DNA of 39,224 nucleotides from Candidatus Omnitrophota bacterium. GTDB taxonomy: Bacteria; Omnitrophota; Gorgyraeia; Gygaellales; JAMWCP01. This document shows positions 26,832 to 38,082 of the stretch, piece by piece; the first letter of the stretch is position 1; each line of letters begins with the position of its first letter. Both the position numbers and the translations under genes were made by a program. The stretch spans positions 1 through 39,224 of the forward strand of contig JAMWCN010000002.1 of assembly GCA_023819505.1 (NCBI GenBank), read 5' to 3'. Under the pieces are notes generated by a model. That model ran no database searches. It saw nothing but the letters and a program-made list of their open reading frames with translations, and was not told the origin of the DNA.

Positions 26832-27892
26832 AAATATTTAGTATCTCTAATATCAAAAAGATAGATAAGCAAAATATGTTAGAAATTTTATTAGATTTTC
26901 CTCAGCAATGTAAAGTAGCTATTCAGATAGCTAAAAATTTAGAGGTATTTTCTTTAAAAAAAGATTTTAACAAAATAGTTTTTATAGGTATGGGTGGATC
27001 TGCTATTGCAGGAGATTTAATCAGATCTTACCTTTATTCTGAAATTAGGATTCCAATTTTAGTTTTGAGAGAATACGATGTAGCTGGTTTTTTAGATAAA
27101 GAGAGTTTAGTATTCGCTTGTAGTTATTCTGGCAACACTGAAGAAACTATCTCTTTTTATCAACAGGCAAAAGAGAAATTTTCTACAATTATAGGGATTT
27201 CTTCAGGAGGCAGGCTGAAGGAGTTATGCTTTCAGGATAAAAACTTATTTATTGAGATACCCAAAGGGCTACCTCCACGTTGCGCTTTAGGTTATTTAGG
27301 TTTAATACCTTTAAAAATTTTAGAAAAATTAGGTTTAATTACTGATAGAGAAGAACATTATAAAGAACTGATCTTAATATTAGAGGGATTAAAGAGACGT
27401 CTTTCTCCAACCACTCCTAAATTACAGAATCCAGCAAAATATATTGCTAGTAAGCTTTACAATAAATTGCCTATTATATATTCTAGTTCTTTACATTTTG
27501 ATGTTGTAGTAAATAGATTTAGGACACAGTTAAATGAAAATGCTAAAATTTTAGCTTGGTCAAATACCTTTCCTGAGTTGAACCATAACGAGATAGAAGG
27601 TTTTAGTTTTAATAACTTAAAGCGCCTATTTAAAAATTTAGTAGTAATATTTTTAAATGATAAGGGCATGCATCCTCAGGTTAAAAAAAGGATCTCTATA
27701 ACTTCTGATATTATAAAGGATATCGGTATAGATATTCTGGGAGTTTCTTCAGAAGGTAATTTTCTTCTTACAAGGATTTTTTCTTTAATCTATATATTAG
27801 ATTTTGCCTCTTTTTATCTAGCTTTACTTTATAAGACAGACCCTACTCCTGTAGAAAGGATAGGTTATCTTAAACAGAGACTAAAAGAGTAA
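26828..27892 (+). CDS. Bifunctional phosphoglucose/phosphomannose isomerase family (SIS domain)
   Basis: SIS pattern FIGMGGSAIAGD ... SYSGNTEET, and the C-terminal half typical of the PGI/PMI family. ATGA overlap with ptsI. Confidence 0.8.
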   Translation: MKIFSISNIKKIDKQNMLEILLDFPQQCKVAIQIAKNLEVFSLKKDFNKIVFIGMGGSAIAGDLIRSYLYSEIRIPILVLREYDVAGFLDKESLVFACSYSGNTEETISFYQQAKEKFSTIIGISSGGRLKELCFQDKNLFIEIPKGLPPRCALGYLGLIPLKILEKLGLITDREEHYKELILILEGLKRRLSPTTPKLQNPAKYIASKLYNKLPIIYSSSLHFDVVVNRFRTQLNENAKILAWSNTFPELNHNEIEGFSFNNLKRLFKNLVVIFLNDKGMHPQVKKRISITSDIIKDIGIDILGVSSEGNFLLTRIFSLIYILDFASFYLALLYKTDPTPVERIGYLKQRLKE

Positions 27893-27896
27893 TATA

Positions 27897-28661
27897 ATGG
27901 AGGCTTTAATCCTTGCAGCAGGTTATGCCAAGAGACTTTATCCTTTAACTAAAGATTATCCTAAACCTCTATTAGAAATAGGTAAGCAACCTATAATTGA
28001 TCATATTGTCCATAAGTTAGAAAATACCGATTCTATAAAAAAGATTTGGGTGATAACTAATAATAAATTTATCTCTTATTTTAGGAAGTGGCTAAGAGAA
28101 AGAAATTTTAGAAAATCTATAGAATTAATCAACGATCGAACTTCTTCCTACAAGAAACGCAGGGGTGCTTTAGGTGATATAGATTTTGTAATTGATAAAA
28201 AAGGGATAAGAGACGATCTTATTATTGTGGGAGGAGATAATCTTTTTAGTGAGAAATTAGATGGATTCATCTCTTATGTAGATAAAAAAAGAAGATATTT
28301 TGTAGTTGGCTTGTATAAGCTTAAAGAAAAAAGAAAAGCTATCCATTACGGAGTAGTTAGAATAGATAAGACAAAAAAGATAGTTGATTTTGAGGAAAAA
28401 CCGTTGAAACCAAAATCTAACCTTGTATGTATGTGCCTTTACTATTTCCCCAAAGATAAGCTTTTTCTTCTAAAAAAATACCTTAAAGAAGAGAAAAAAA
28501 ATCTTGATGCTACAGGTCATTTTATAGATTGGCTCTATAGGAGAGAAAAAGTTTACTCTTATAAATTTAGAGGTATTTGGTACGATATTGGAGATCACAA
28601 TGTATATAAAGAGGCAGGGAAAAGTTTTAAGTATAAGAGGAGGTTATATGGGCATCAATAA
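27897..28661 (+). CDS. Sugar-phosphate nucleotidyltransferase family protein
   Basis: N-terminal [23 protein letters not shown] signature of NTP_transferase enzymes. Confidence 0.8.
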   Translation: MEALILAAGYAKRLYPLTKDYPKPLLEIGKQPIIDHIVHKLENTDSIKKIWVITNNKFISYFRKWLRERNFRKSIELINDRTSSYKKRRGALGDIDFVIDKKGIRDDLIIVGGDNLFSEKLDGFISYVDKKRRYFVVGLYKLKEKRKAIHYGVVRIDKTKKIVDFEEKPLKPKSNLVCMCLYYFPKDKLFLLKKYLKEEKKNLDATGHFIDWLYRREKVYSYKFRGIWYDIGDHNVYKEAGKSFKYKRRLYGHQ

Positions 28662-29817
28662 AAAATATATCACTTCAGAATCTGTTGCAGAAGGCCATCC
28701 TGATAAATTATGTGATCAGATTTCCGATGCAGTTTTAGATGATATTTTAAAGCAAGACCCTTTAGGTAGAGTTGCCTGCGAGACCTATGTTACGATGGGG
28801 TTAATTATTGTGGGAGGGGAGATTACTACCTCTGGTTATGTGGATATACATAATCTTGTACGTAATGTTTTGAAAGATATTGGTTATACAGATCATAAAT
28901 TTGGTCTATGTCATGAAACCTGTGCGATTATAAATACAATCCATAGTCAATCTCCTGATATCGCTCAAGGGGTAAACAGAGGTGGTGCAGGTGATCAAGG
29001 CATAATGACAGGTTATGCCTGTAAAGAGACACCACAACTTATGCCCCTTCCCATAATGCTTGCTCATAAACTGGTGATGCGTATGGCGGAGGTAAGAAGG
29101 AAAGGTATACTTAAATATTTAGGACCAGATGGAAAGTCTCAGATAACTGTGGAGTACCAAAAAGATAAGCCTAAAAGGATAGATTCGGTAGTTTTAGCTT
29201 GTCAGCATACTGAAGAGATTTTAGATGCTACAGGAAGAAATATTACCAAAAAAGCACGCCAGGAAATGATTGAGGTAATTGCCAAACCTGTTTTGAGAGG
29301 GTATATCGATAAAGATACTAAATACTTCGTAAATGAGACAGGTAGATTCATTATTGGAGGTCCACAGTCAGATACAGGTATGACGGGAAGGAAAATTATG
29401 GTGGATACTTACGGTGGAGTAGTTCCTCCAGGAGGAGGTGCTTTTTCTGGAAAAGATCCTACAAAAGTAGATAGATCTGCTGCCTATATGGCAAGGTACA
29501 TTGCAAAGAATATTGTGGCTTCTGGTCTGGCAGATAAATGTTTGGTTCAACTTGCCTATGTAATCGGAAGAGCACAGCCTTTGGCGATAATGGTAGATAC
29601 ATTTGGAACAGCTAAGGTTTCTGATGAGAAGTTAGTTAAATTGATAAAGGAAAATTTTGAACTAACTCCTCAGGGAATAATTAAAAGTTTAAACCTTTTA
29701 AGACCGATCTATAGAAAAACTGCCTGCTATGGACATTTTGGAAGAGAAGAACCTGAATTTAGTTGGGAGAGATTAGACAAAGTAGCCATTTTAAAGAAAG
29801 AGGCAGCACGTATGTGA
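28648..29817 (+). CDS. metK: S-adenosylmethionine synthase
   Basis: [27 protein letters not shown] and [19 protein letters not shown] motifs. ATG 28648 has the SD AGAGGAGG; the ORF-track start at 28588 is an extension. Confidence 0.95.
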   Translation: MGINKKYITSESVAEGHPDKLCDQISDAVLDDILKQDPLGRVACETYVTMGLIIVGGEITTSGYVDIHNLVRNVLKDIGYTDHKFGLCHETCAIINTIHSQSPDIAQGVNRGGAGDQGIMTGYACKETPQLMPLPIMLAHKLVMRMAEVRRKGILKYLGPDGKSQITVEYQKDKPKRIDSVVLACQHTEEILDATGRNITKKARQEMIEVIAKPVLRGYIDKDTKYFVNETGRFIIGGPQSDTGMTGRKIMVDTYGGVVPPGGGAFSGKDPTKVDRSAAYMARYIAKNIVASGLADKCLVQLAYVIGRAQPLAIMVDTFGTAKVSDEKLVKLIKENFELTPQGIIKSLNLLRPIYRKTACYGHFGREEPEFSWERLDKVAILKKEAARM

Positions 29818-29851
29818 GTTTTAAAAATCAAAATGCTTAAAGGAGATTTTT

Positions 29852-31114
29852 ATGAATTATGATATTAAAGATATCAGATTAGCTAAGAAAGGTATTTTGA
29901 GGATTGAGTGGGCGCGCCAAAATATGCCGGTTTTAAGTCTGATTGGGGAACTTTTTAATAAAGAAAGGCCACTTAGAGGGATAAAGGTCTCTGCCTGTTT
30001 ACATGTCACCACTGAAACTGCAGTATTAATGGAGGTTTTAAAAAAAGCAGGTGCAGAGATTGTTCTTTGTGCTTCCAATCCACTCTCAACTCAAGATGAT
30101 GTAGCTGCTAGTTTAGTTAAACATTTGAAGATATCTGTATTTGCTATTAAAGGAGAAAATAAAGAGACTTACTATCAGCATATAAAATCTTGCTTAGAAA
30201 TTAGACCCCATATCACTATGGATGATGGAGCAGATTTAGTCTCTACATTGCACTTAAAACCTAAATACCAAAACATCTTAACATCTATTATAGGAGGAAC
30301 AGAAGAGACTACTACCGGAGTAATTAGATTGCGTGCTTTAGCAAACGAAGGAAGATTAAGATATCCTATAATTGCTGTAAATGATGCCTTAACTAAACAT
30401 CTCTTTGATAACCGCTATGGAACAGGTCAATCTACTATCGATGGTATATTGCGAGCAACAAATAAATTGATCGCAGGTAGTAATTTTTTGATTTGTGGAT
30501 ATGGTTTCTGTGGTAAGGGTTTGGCTTTAAGGGCAAAGGGAATGGGTGCAAATGTAATTATTTCTGAAGTATCTCCAATAAGAGCTTTAGAAGCGGTTAT
30601 GGATGGATTTTTAGTTATGCCTGTGGCTGAGGCAATAAAGTTGGCTGATATTATTGTCACTGTAACTGGAGATATCGATGTGATAAACAAAAGGCATTTT
30701 CTCTCAATGAAAGATGGAGTGATTTTAGCAAATTCTGGACATTTTAATGTAGAAATTGATATACCTTCTTTAGAAAAATTAAGTATAAGAAAAAGAAGGA
30801 TACGGGATTTTGTAGATGAGTATACTTTAAAGAACCGCAAAAAAATTTATCTTTTAGGAGAAGGCAGGTTAATAAATTTAGTTTCAGCAGAAGGGCACCC
30901 TGCACAGGTGATGGATTTAAGTTTTTCTAACCAAGCGCTCTCCGTAGAGTACATCGTTAAAAATTATAAAAAATTAGATAAAAAAGTTTATAAAGTACCT
31001 GAAGAGATTGACAGAAAAGTCGCTACTTTCAAATTGCAATCGATGGGGATTAAAATTGATAATTTAACTGAAGAGCAAAAAGATTATCTTTTAAGTTGGA
31101 AAGAAGGAACATGA
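29852..31114 (+). CDS. ahcY: Adenosylhomocysteinase
   Basis: [32 protein letters not shown] and GYGFCGKG motifs. Confidence 0.95.
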   Translation: MNYDIKDIRLAKKGILRIEWARQNMPVLSLIGELFNKERPLRGIKVSACLHVTTETAVLMEVLKKAGAEIVLCASNPLSTQDDVAASLVKHLKISVFAIKGENKETYYQHIKSCLEIRPHITMDDGADLVSTLHLKPKYQNILTSIIGGTEETTTGVIRLRALANEGRLRYPIIAVNDALTKHLFDNRYGTGQSTIDGILRATNKLIAGSNFLICGYGFCGKGLALRAKGMGANVIISEVSPIRALEAVMDGFLVMPVAEAIKLADIIVTVTGDIDVINKRHFLSMKDGVILANSGHFNVEIDIPSLEKLSIRKRRIRDFVDEYTLKNRKKIYLLGEGRLINLVSAEGHPAQVMDLSFSNQALSVEYIVKNYKKLDKKVYKVPEEIDRKVATFKLQSMGIKIDNLTEEQKDYLLSWKEGT

Positions 31115-32070
31115 AAAGGATTGCAGTTTTAACTACAGGCGGAGATTCTCCAGGGATGAATGCTGCCATAAGAACAGTGGTGCGTTATGGAATATACAAT
31201 AAACTGGAGGTCTGGGGTGTTTTTCGTGGTTGGTGGGGCTTGATAAATGAGGAACTAAAAATTTTTGATCACCGTTCAGTTTCAGGAATTGTAAATCAAG
31301 GAGGAACCATCCTTAAGACTGCTAGATGCCCAGAGTTTAAAACTGAAGAGGGGATGATGAGGGCATATAATACCTTAAAAAAATATAATATCGATGGAAT
31401 AATCATAATTGGTGGAGAGGGAAGTTTTACTGCAGGATCCGAATTTTATAAAAGATATAAAGTCCCCTGTATAGGAATATCTGCTAGCATTGATAACGAT
31501 GTAAATGGAATAGAGATGACTTTTGGAGTAGATACCGCTCTTAATACCGCATTAGATGCTTTAGATAAGATAAGGGATACCGCTACTTCTATGGAAAGAA
31601 TCTTTGTCGTAGAAGTGATGGGGAAAGAATCGGGTTTTATTGCTTTAAATGTGGCTTTAGCAGGAGGCTGTGAAGAAGTAATTATTCCTGAAAGGAGTTA
31701 TAACTTTGAAGCAATCTGCCATGATATTGTGGAAGGGAATTTAAGGGGAAAAGTTTCTTGGATTATTGTTGTTGCAGAAGGTGCAGGGAGTGCTGAAGAG
31801 ATCGCTAAAAAAATTCACGAGATTACCGATTTAGAAACAAGGGCAGTTATCTTAGGTCATATTCAAAGAGGAGGTCGTCCCACTGCCTTAAGTAGAAGAC
31901 TGGCAATCTTATTTGCTAAAGAAGCGGTTAATTGCTTGTTAGAGGGTCAGACCTGTAAAGCTATAGGATTAACTAGAGGAGAAATTGTAAGGGTCGATTT
32001 TGAAACTGCGATTCAGAAGAAGATCTGGGATGTGGAAGGCTTATATAAGATGGTAAAGGTTTTAACTTAA
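31111..32070 (+). CDS. pfkA: 6-phosphofructokinase
   Basis: [18 protein letters not shown] and IGGEGS motifs, and a PFK-A-like length. ATGA overlap with ahcY. Confidence 0.92.
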   Translation: MKRIAVLTTGGDSPGMNAAIRTVVRYGIYNKLEVWGVFRGWWGLINEELKIFDHRSVSGIVNQGGTILKTARCPEFKTEEGMMRAYNTLKKYNIDGIIIIGGEGSFTAGSEFYKRYKVPCIGISASIDNDVNGIEMTFGVDTALNTALDALDKIRDTATSMERIFVVEVMGKESGFIALNVALAGGCEEVIIPERSYNFEAICHDIVEGNLRGKVSWIIVVAEGAGSAEEIAKKIHEITDLETRAVILGHIQRGGRPTALSRRLAILFAKEAVNCLLEGQTCKAIGLTRGEIVRVDFETAIQKKIWDVEGLYKMVKVLT

Positions 32071-32110
32071 TTGCTCTAAAATTAAAAAATAAAACGCGGA
32101 GGGTTAAAAG

Positions 32111-33436
32111 ATGGGTAGAAAACCAATCGATTTTGATATTTTAGTAACGGATTTAGTAATAAACGATGATTTAGAGAGAAAGAAAATTTTAGCAAAAAAA
32201 ATTTTTAGTTTGGTTTATAAAAAAGGGATTTATCCCGCAAGTATCCATCAGTTTTATATGGCAAGGGGAAAAGGCGAATTAAGTGGTTTTACTGTTCCTG
32301 CCATAAATTTAAGGAGTCTGACCTATGATTTAGCAAGGGCTATATTTAGGGTAGCAAAGAGAAATAATTCTGGAAGTTTTATTTTTGAAATCGCCAAGTC
32401 CGAAATTGGCTACACAGATCAATCTCCCCTTGAATATTCGGCAGTAGTTTTGGCAGCAGCTATGAAAGAAAATTGGCAAGGACCTGTTTTTATCCAAGGG
32501 GACCATTTTCAAGTTAATCCTAAAAAATTTAAAGAATCTGCAGAAAAAGAATTAGAGACTTTAAAGTCTTTAATTCAGGAAGCAGTAGAAGCGCATTTTT
32601 ACAATATCGATATAGATTCTTCTACTTTAGTAGATTTATCTAAAACCGAAGTAAAAAAACAACAGTATCTAAATTACGATGTTTGTGCAAAATTAACACA
32701 TTTTATCCGAAAGATTCAACCAAAAGGAATTGAGATTTCTGTAGGAGGGGAGATCGGTGAGGTGGGAGGTAAAAATTCTACACCTGAAGAACTGCGTGCA
32801 TTTATGGAAGGATTTAATGAAAGATTACGCAAAGGAAGAACCGGCTTAAGTAAGATTTCTGTTCAGACCGGAACTACTCACGGAGGAGTGGTTCTACCTG
32901 ATGGTTCAATTGCTAAAGTTAATATTGATTTCGATACCCTAAAGACTCTTTCTGAAATTGCTCGTAAAGAATTTGGACTGGCAGGATGTGTCCAACATGG
33001 AGCTTCCACTTTACCGCAAGAAGCGTTTGGGAAATTTCCTGAAACGGAAACGGCAGAGATACATTTAGCTACAGAATTCCAGAATATGATCTATGAAAGC
33101 AAATATTTCCCTTCAGAACTTAAAGAAAAGATGTATAATTGGATCAAAGAGAATTGTTCTGCTGAGAGAAAAGAAGGCGAAACTGAAGAGCAATTTATCT
33201 ATAAAACAAGAAAAAAAGCATTAGGTCCATTTAAGAAAGAAATTGCAGGGCTACCCAAAGAGATACGCAGTGCAATCGCCTCTGAAATTGAGGCAAAGTT
33301 TGAATTCCTTTTTAAACAATTAAATGCTATAAATAATAAAGAATTAGTGGATAGATACGTAATCTTAAAGAGGGTAATCAGTCGTAAACGTAAACAGATA
33401 AAACAGATTGCCCAGGATACCGAAGGAGCTGATTAA
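32111..33436 (+). CDS. fba: Class II fructose-bisphosphate aldolase family protein (long form)
   Basis: Ordered class II aldolase motifs: FTVPAINLRS, QGDHF, GGEIGEVGG, QTGTTHGG and VQHGASTLP. Confidence 0.75.
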   Translation: MGRKPIDFDILVTDLVINDDLERKKILAKKIFSLVYKKGIYPASIHQFYMARGKGELSGFTVPAINLRSLTYDLARAIFRVAKRNNSGSFIFEIAKSEIGYTDQSPLEYSAVVLAAAMKENWQGPVFIQGDHFQVNPKKFKESAEKELETLKSLIQEAVEAHFYNIDIDSSTLVDLSKTEVKKQQYLNYDVCAKLTHFIRKIQPKGIEISVGGEIGEVGGKNSTPEELRAFMEGFNERLRKGRTGLSKISVQTGTTHGGVVLPDGSIAKVNIDFDTLKTLSEIARKEFGLAGCVQHGASTLPQEAFGKFPETETAEIHLATEFQNMIYESKYFPSELKEKMYNWIKENCSAERKEGETEEQFIYKTRKKALGPFKKEIAGLPKEIRSAIASEIEAKFEFLFKQLNAINNKELVDRYVILKRVISRKRKQIKQIAQDTEGAD

Positions 33437-33465
33437 TTTAGCGTTTAGTAGATACCGTAGTAACT

Positions 33466-33487
33466 CTTGGAGGTCTTACCTCCAATA
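33466..33487 (+). repeat. Perfect hairpin TTGGAGGT-CTT-ACCTCCAA; left copy of a 22-bp imperfect direct repeat
   Basis: 8-bp stem 33467-33474 / 33478-33485 with a 3-nt loop. Contains GGAGG. Ends 1 nt before ATG 33487. Confidence 0.6.
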
Positions 33488-33720
33488 TGGATAAAAGAAG
33501 GACCAAATTGATGGTGAAGAAAAAGATATGGGAGAAAATTGTACCTATATCTAAGTCAGATAGAAGCTTTGATATCAAATTCTGGCAGGCGCAAGGTCCG
33601 AATTTACGTTTTAGAGTTGCTTTCGATATGCTTAAAGATTTTTATAGACTGAAAGGAAAGAAAATAAATGCTCATACCTTCAGATTACAAAGATCTGTTG
33701 AGAATCTTAAAAAAGCATAA
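33487..33720 (+). CDS. Small basic hypothetical protein (77 aa), upstream partner of the nucleotidyltransferase-fold gene
   Basis: Open frame that overlaps the next ORF by 53 nt. The pattern D-x2-FW ... RLQRSVE resembles small proteins I recall next to homologs of the downstream gene; this is memory, not a search. Confidence 0.5.
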   Translation: MDKRRTKLMVKKKIWEKIVPISKSDRSFDIKFWQAQGPNLRFRVAFDMLKDFYRLKGKKINAHTFRLQRSVENLKKA

Positions 33721-34135
33721 GGTTAAATATTTAATTGTAGGTGCATATGCAGTTATATACTATACAGAGCCACGTTATACCAAAGATTTAGATATTTGGA
33801 TAAGACCTGATTTAAAAAATGCTCAAAGAGTATATGAGGCATTAAAAGAATTCGGCGCTCCCTTAAAAGGTATTACTATTAAAGATTTTACTAATAAAAA
33901 CCTTTTTTATCAGCTAGGAGTTGTACCGATAAGAGTGGATATAATGATGGGGATAAAAGGTTTAGATTTTGATCTCGCCTGGAGAAATAAGAAGACTACA
34001 AATTTTGAGGGAATTAAAGTTAATATTATAGGAATAAATGAACTTATAAGCTCAAAATTAAAACTAAAGCGACCACTTGATCAGGCAGATATTGAAGCTT
34101 TAAAATTTAAATTGAAAATAAGTAGAAGAAGATAA
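33668..34135 (+). CDS. Minimal nucleotidyltransferase-fold protein (155 aa), uncharacterised family
   Basis: VKYLIVGAYAVIYYTEPRYTKDLDIWI matches a glycine-containing strand followed by a DxD carboxylate motif, as in Pol-beta-type / AbiEii-like NTases. A weak SD (GGAAAG) lies upstream. Confidence 0.65.
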   Translation: MLIPSDYKDLLRILKKHKVKYLIVGAYAVIYYTEPRYTKDLDIWIRPDLKNAQRVYEALKEFGAPLKGITIKDFTNKNLFYQLGVVPIRVDIMMGIKGLDFDLAWRNKKTTNFEGIKVNIIGINELISSKLKLKRPLDQADIEALKFKLKISRRR

Positions 34136-34136
34136 T

Positions 34137-34158
34137 TTTGGAAGTTTTACCTTTGATA
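34137..34158 (+). repeat. Degenerate right copy of the 22-bp repeat (TTTGGAAGTTTTACCTTTGATA)
   Basis: 16 of 22 positions are identical to 33466-33487, including TTGGA and TTACCT blocks. The hairpin potential is degraded to wobble pairs and a mismatch. Confidence 0.4.
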
Positions 34159-34179
34159 TAGCTAAAAGAAGGAGAAGAA

Positions 34180-35835
34180 ATGATGCGTTCAGATAAAATC
34201 AAAAAGGGACTGAAGCGACTTCCGCATCGGGCATTGCTTTATGCTACTGGACTTTCCAGAAAAGATTTTGATAAACCTTTTATTGGAATAGCAACTTCTT
34301 TTACAGATTTAATTCCAGGTCATATCGGTATGCGGGATTTAGAAAGATTTATTGAAAGGGGAATCTGCTCTGGAGGTGGGGTTCCATTTCTATTTGGGAT
34401 TCCGGGAATCTGCGATGGTCTAGCCATGGGACATTTAGGGATGTGTTATCCTTTAGCTTTGAGGGAATTAGTTGCAGATGCAATTGAAGCGGTGGTTTGT
34501 GCGCATCAATTAGATGGTATTGTATGTTTAACTAATTGCGACAAAATTACCCCAGGAATGCTTATGGGAATAGTGCGCCTTAATATCCCTGCAATTGTAG
34601 TTACCGCAGGTCCTATGCTTTCAGGAAGATACAAAATGCGGAAACTTGCCTTTGTTCACGATACATTTGAAGCTTTAGCAAGGGCTAAAAAAGGAGAAAT
34701 TTCTAAAGAAGATTTATCTTGTCTTGAAGAGGAAGCCTGTCCTGGTGCTGGTTCTTGTCAAGGACTTTACACCGCAAATACCATGGCTTGTTTAACGGAG
34801 GCGATGGGATTAAGTCTTGTAGGTTGTGCTACTGCATTAGCAATTTCTGCTAAGAAGCGTCGGATCGCTCAAGCTTCAGGGGAGAGGATTGTAGAATTGG
34901 TAAGGAGAAATATTAAACCTTTAGATATCATCAATGAAAAATCATTAGAGAATGCAATTGTTATAGATATGGCTTTAGGAGGCTCAACCAATACAGTTCT
35001 ACATCTTATGGCTATAGCAAATGAAGCAAAGATAGATTTGAAGCTTAAAACATTCGATAAGATTAGCCGAAATACTCCCCACATTACAAATCTGGAACCA
35101 GCAGGTCCTTATTTTATGGAAGACTTAGAATATGCAGGAGGAATTCCTGCAATAATGAAGAGATTAAAAGATAAACTCCATAATTGTTTTACTTTAAGTG
35201 GAAAAAGAATCTATGATATCGCTGATTCTGCAGAGATCTTTGACGAGGAAGTAATTCGACCTTTAAATAAAGTCTACCATAAAGAAGGAGGCATTGCAGT
35301 TTTATTTGGAAATTTAGCTCCTGATGGATGTGTAGTAAAGCAGACGGCGGTAAGTCAAAAGATGTTAAAATTTATAGGTAAAGCCCATGTTTTTAATTCT
35401 GAAGAGGAAGCAATGAAAGCGATTTTAGGAAATAGAATAAATAAAGGTACCTGTATTGTAATTCGCTATGAGGGTCCTTCCGGAGGTCCGGGGATGCGCG
35501 AGATGCTAGCACCGACTTCGGCAATCGTGGGTTTAGGTTTAGCAGAGGATGTAGCTTTAATTACTGATGGAAGATTCTCTGGGGGGACAAAAGGTCCCTG
35601 CATCGGTCATGTTTCACCTGAGGCAAGTAAAGGTGGTCCGATTGCTATTTTAAAAGATGGTGATATAATAGAGATAAATATACCAAAAAGAAAATTGGAA
35701 GTAAAATTAAGTAAAGAAGAGATACAGAAAAGACTTAAGAATTGGAAACCTTTTCCTCCAAAGGTTAAAACTGGTTATCTTGCCAGATATTCAAAACTGG
35801 TTAGTTCTGCAGATAAAGGAGCAATACTATTATGA
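34180..35835 (+). CDS. ilvD: Dihydroxy-acid dehydratase
   Basis: [33 protein letters not shown] and other ILVD_EDD motifs. Confidence 0.95.
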   Translation: MMRSDKIKKGLKRLPHRALLYATGLSRKDFDKPFIGIATSFTDLIPGHIGMRDLERFIERGICSGGGVPFLFGIPGICDGLAMGHLGMCYPLALRELVADAIEAVVCAHQLDGIVCLTNCDKITPGMLMGIVRLNIPAIVVTAGPMLSGRYKMRKLAFVHDTFEALARAKKGEISKEDLSCLEEEACPGAGSCQGLYTANTMACLTEAMGLSLVGCATALAISAKKRRIAQASGERIVELVRRNIKPLDIINEKSLENAIVIDMALGGSTNTVLHLMAIANEAKIDLKLKTFDKISRNTPHITNLEPAGPYFMEDLEYAGGIPAIMKRLKDKLHNCFTLSGKRIYDIADSAEIFDEEVIRPLNKVYHKEGGIAVLFGNLAPDGCVVKQTAVSQKMLKFIGKAHVFNSEEEAMKAILGNRINKGTCIVIRYEGPSGGPGMREMLAPTSAIVGLGLAEDVALITDGRFSGGTKGPCIGHVSPEASKGGPIAILKDGDIIEINIPKRKLEVKLSKEEIQKRLKNWKPFPPKVKTGYLARYSKLVSSADKGAILL

Positions 35836-37508
35836 CAGGAGCACAGATTTTAATTGAATGTTTGAAACGTGAAGGTGTAGAGGTTATATTTGGTTATCCT
35901 GGGGGAGCGGTTCTACCTATATTTGATCAACTTTATGATTCTTCCATCAGGTTCATTTTAACCCGTCATGAACAGGCAGCAGCACATGCCGCTGATGGGT
36001 ATGCAAGAGCAACAGGAAAGGTAGGGGTTTGTATTGCTACTTCAGGTCCAGGAGCTACAAATTTAACCACGGGTATCGCTACTGCCTATATGGATTCTAT
36101 ACCTATAGTAGCAATTACAGGCCAGGTAAAGACACATCTAATCGGAAACGATGCTTTTCAGGAAGCAGATGTAACAGGGATTACTCGACCAATAACAAAA
36201 TATAATTATTTAGTAAAAAAGACTGAGGATTTAGCTAGGGTTGTGCGTGAGGCATTTTATATAGCTTCTACAGGAAGACCTGGTCCGGTTTTAATTGATA
36301 TTCCTGTAGATATTCAACAGAAAGATGTAGAGTTTATCTGGCCAGAAAAAGTGGAAATTCGTGGATATAAACCTACCTATTTTGGTCATCCTGGGCAAAT
36401 TAAAAAAGCAATCAAACTTATTCTGCAAGCAAAAAAACCGCTTCTTTTTGTGGGTGGGGGGGTAATTACTTCAGGCGCATCAGAATCTTTAAGAGAATTA
36501 GCAGAGAAGCTAAATATCCCTGTGACCACGACTTTGATGGGTTTGGGCAGTTTTCGATCTTCGCATCCTCTATCTCTGGGAATGTTAGGAATGCATGGAA
36601 CAGTTTATGCGAATTTAGCGGTTCAAAATGCTGACCTTATTATTGCTGTTGGTGCGCGCTTTGATGATCGGGTAACTGGCAGGATCGATGCTTTCGCTCC
36701 TTATGCAAAGATTATCCATATCGATATAGATCCCTCATCTATCAGTAAAAATGTCAAAGTAGATGTCCCTATCGTAGGAGATGCTAAGAATGTTTTAAGC
36801 CAACTTTTAGAGGAGTTAGAAGATGTAAAAGAATTACCTAACATAAAAGCATGGCTTGAACAGATTCATGAATGGAAGAGAAAACATCCTTTAAGATATA
36901 GGGATGATTCAAAAATTATCAAGCCTCAATATGTAGTTGAACAAATTTATGAATTAACGCGGGGAGAAGCAATCATTGCTACTGAGGTAGGACAGAATCA
37001 GATGTGGGCAGCACAGTGGTATAAATTTAACCATCCGAGGAGATTTCTGTCTTCAGGAGGTTTAGGAACAATGGGATATGGTTTTCCTGCTGCAATGGGT
37101 GCAAAAGTAGGTTGCCCTGAAAGAATAGTTTTTGATATCGCAGGTGACGGTTCCATTCAGATGAATATCCAAGAATTGGCTACTTGTGTTTGCAATAAAA
37201 TATATGTAAAAGTTGCTATTTTAAATAATGGTTATTTGGGAATGGTTAGACAATGGCAAGAGTTATTTTATAAGAAGCGTTACTCTTATACCTGTCTATA
37301 CAATCCCGATTTTGTAAAATTGGCGCAAAGTTACGGTGCTGTAGGAATTAGAGTTACAAAAAAAGAAGAGGTAACTTCAGCGATAAAAAAAGCTCTGGAG
37401 ATAGATAATGTAGTTTTTATTGATTTTCATATCGAACCAGAAGAGAATGTCTATCCTATGGTTCCTGCAGGTGAGGCAATTGACCGTATGATTGGAGGGA
37501 TGGCTTAG
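35832..37508 (+). CDS. ilvB: Acetolactate synthase large subunit
   Basis: ThDP enzyme motifs: [19 protein letters not shown] and [16 protein letters not shown] ... [16 protein letters not shown] overlap with ilvD. Confidence 0.95.
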   Translation: MTGAQILIECLKREGVEVIFGYPGGAVLPIFDQLYDSSIRFILTRHEQAAAHAADGYARATGKVGVCIATSGPGATNLTTGIATAYMDSIPIVAITGQVKTHLIGNDAFQEADVTGITRPITKYNYLVKKTEDLARVVREAFYIASTGRPGPVLIDIPVDIQQKDVEFIWPEKVEIRGYKPTYFGHPGQIKKAIKLILQAKKPLLFVGGGVITSGASESLRELAEKLNIPVTTTLMGLGSFRSSHPLSLGMLGMHGTVYANLAVQNADLIIAVGARFDDRVTGRIDAFAPYAKIIHIDIDPSSISKNVKVDVPIVGDAKNVLSQLLEELEDVKELPNIKAWLEQIHEWKRKHPLRYRDDSKIIKPQYVVEQIYELTRGEAIIATEVGQNQMWAAQWYKFNHPRRFLSSGGLGTMGYGFPAAMGAKVGCPERIVFDIAGDGSIQMNIQELATCVCNKIYVKVAILNNGYLGMVRQWQELFYKKRYSYTCLYNPDFVKLAQSYGAVGIRVTKKEEVTSAIKKALEIDNVVFIDFHIEPEENVYPMVPAGEAIDRMIGGMA

Positions 37509-37576
37509 TTTAATTTATAGTTAATAGTCCAGAGTTTTTAAATCTACAAATTACGAACTTTAAACTATGAACTGAT

Positions 37577-38050
37577 ATGAAACATACAATTTCTGTTTTA
37601 GTGGAAAATAAACCCGGGGTTTTAGCAAAGATTTCTGGTTTATTTAGTGCACGCGGTTTTAATATCGATTCTTTAGCAGTAGGGGAGACCGAAGATCCCA
37701 CAGTTTCTCGTATGACTATTGTTGTAGATGCCCCAGATGAGAGAGTTTTAGAACAGATTATTAAGCAACTGCGCAAACTCATCGATACTATTTCAGTAGT
37801 GGATCTGACTAAAAAAGAATTTATCCATCGGGAACTGGCACTTATAAAGATAAATTATACTAAAGAGAACAAATCTAAAGTGAATAATCTTCTACATAAA
37901 TTTAAGGCTGAGCTTATGGAAACAGAAAAAGATACAGCAATTTTAGAGATCTGTGCAGAGTCAGAAAAGGTGAAAGAATTTTTACAAGAGGTAAAACAAT
38001 TCGGGATAAAGGAACTGATGCGCACAGGTAGGGTTGCGATGGCAAAGTAG
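37577..38050 (+). CDS. ilvN: Acetolactate synthase small (regulatory) subunit
   Basis: ACT domain [34 protein letters not shown]. Confidence 0.93.
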   Translation: MKHTISVLVENKPGVLAKISGLFSARGFNIDSLAVGETEDPTVSRMTIVVDAPDERVLEQIIKQLRKLIDTISVVDLTKKEFIHRELALIKINYTKENKSKVNNLLHKFKAELMETEKDTAILEICAESEKVKEFLQEVKQFGIKELMRTGRVAMAK

Positions 38051-38082
38051 TTAGCAGTTTAGAGAAGAAAGGAGCTGAAGAT

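Noticed and set aside
33487-34135. Reading ORFs 33487..33720 and 33668..34135 as one gene broken by a frameshift
   Set aside because: In the second frame a TAA directly precedes ATG 33668, so the frame is closed upstream. The first ORF ends with what looks like a natural C-terminus (RLQRSVENLKKA). A two-gene overlap is the simpler reading, although a frameshift within 33668-33720 cannot be formally excluded.
34136-34179. Leader-peptide attenuator, T-box or riboswitch upstream of the ilv operon; likewise a SAM riboswitch upstream of metK
   Set aside because: Only 44 nt separate the cassette from ilvD, and metK overlaps the preceding gene. There is no room for such elements.
1581-37782. Antisense or off-frame ORFs of 60-137 aa: 1581-1799, 3440-3637, 5922-6161, 8986-9258, 10074-10288, 11200-11439, 14220-14515, 20233-20574, 21074-21579, 21918-22172, 23542-24222, 26582-26872, 27457-27669, 29368-29550, 29857-30078, 30427-30840, 32330-32512, 34869-35084, 37510-37782
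   Set aside because: All lie wholly or largely within well-supported conserved genes. Such long shadow frames are expected by chance in AT-rich coding DNA. None has an SD or recognisable motifs.
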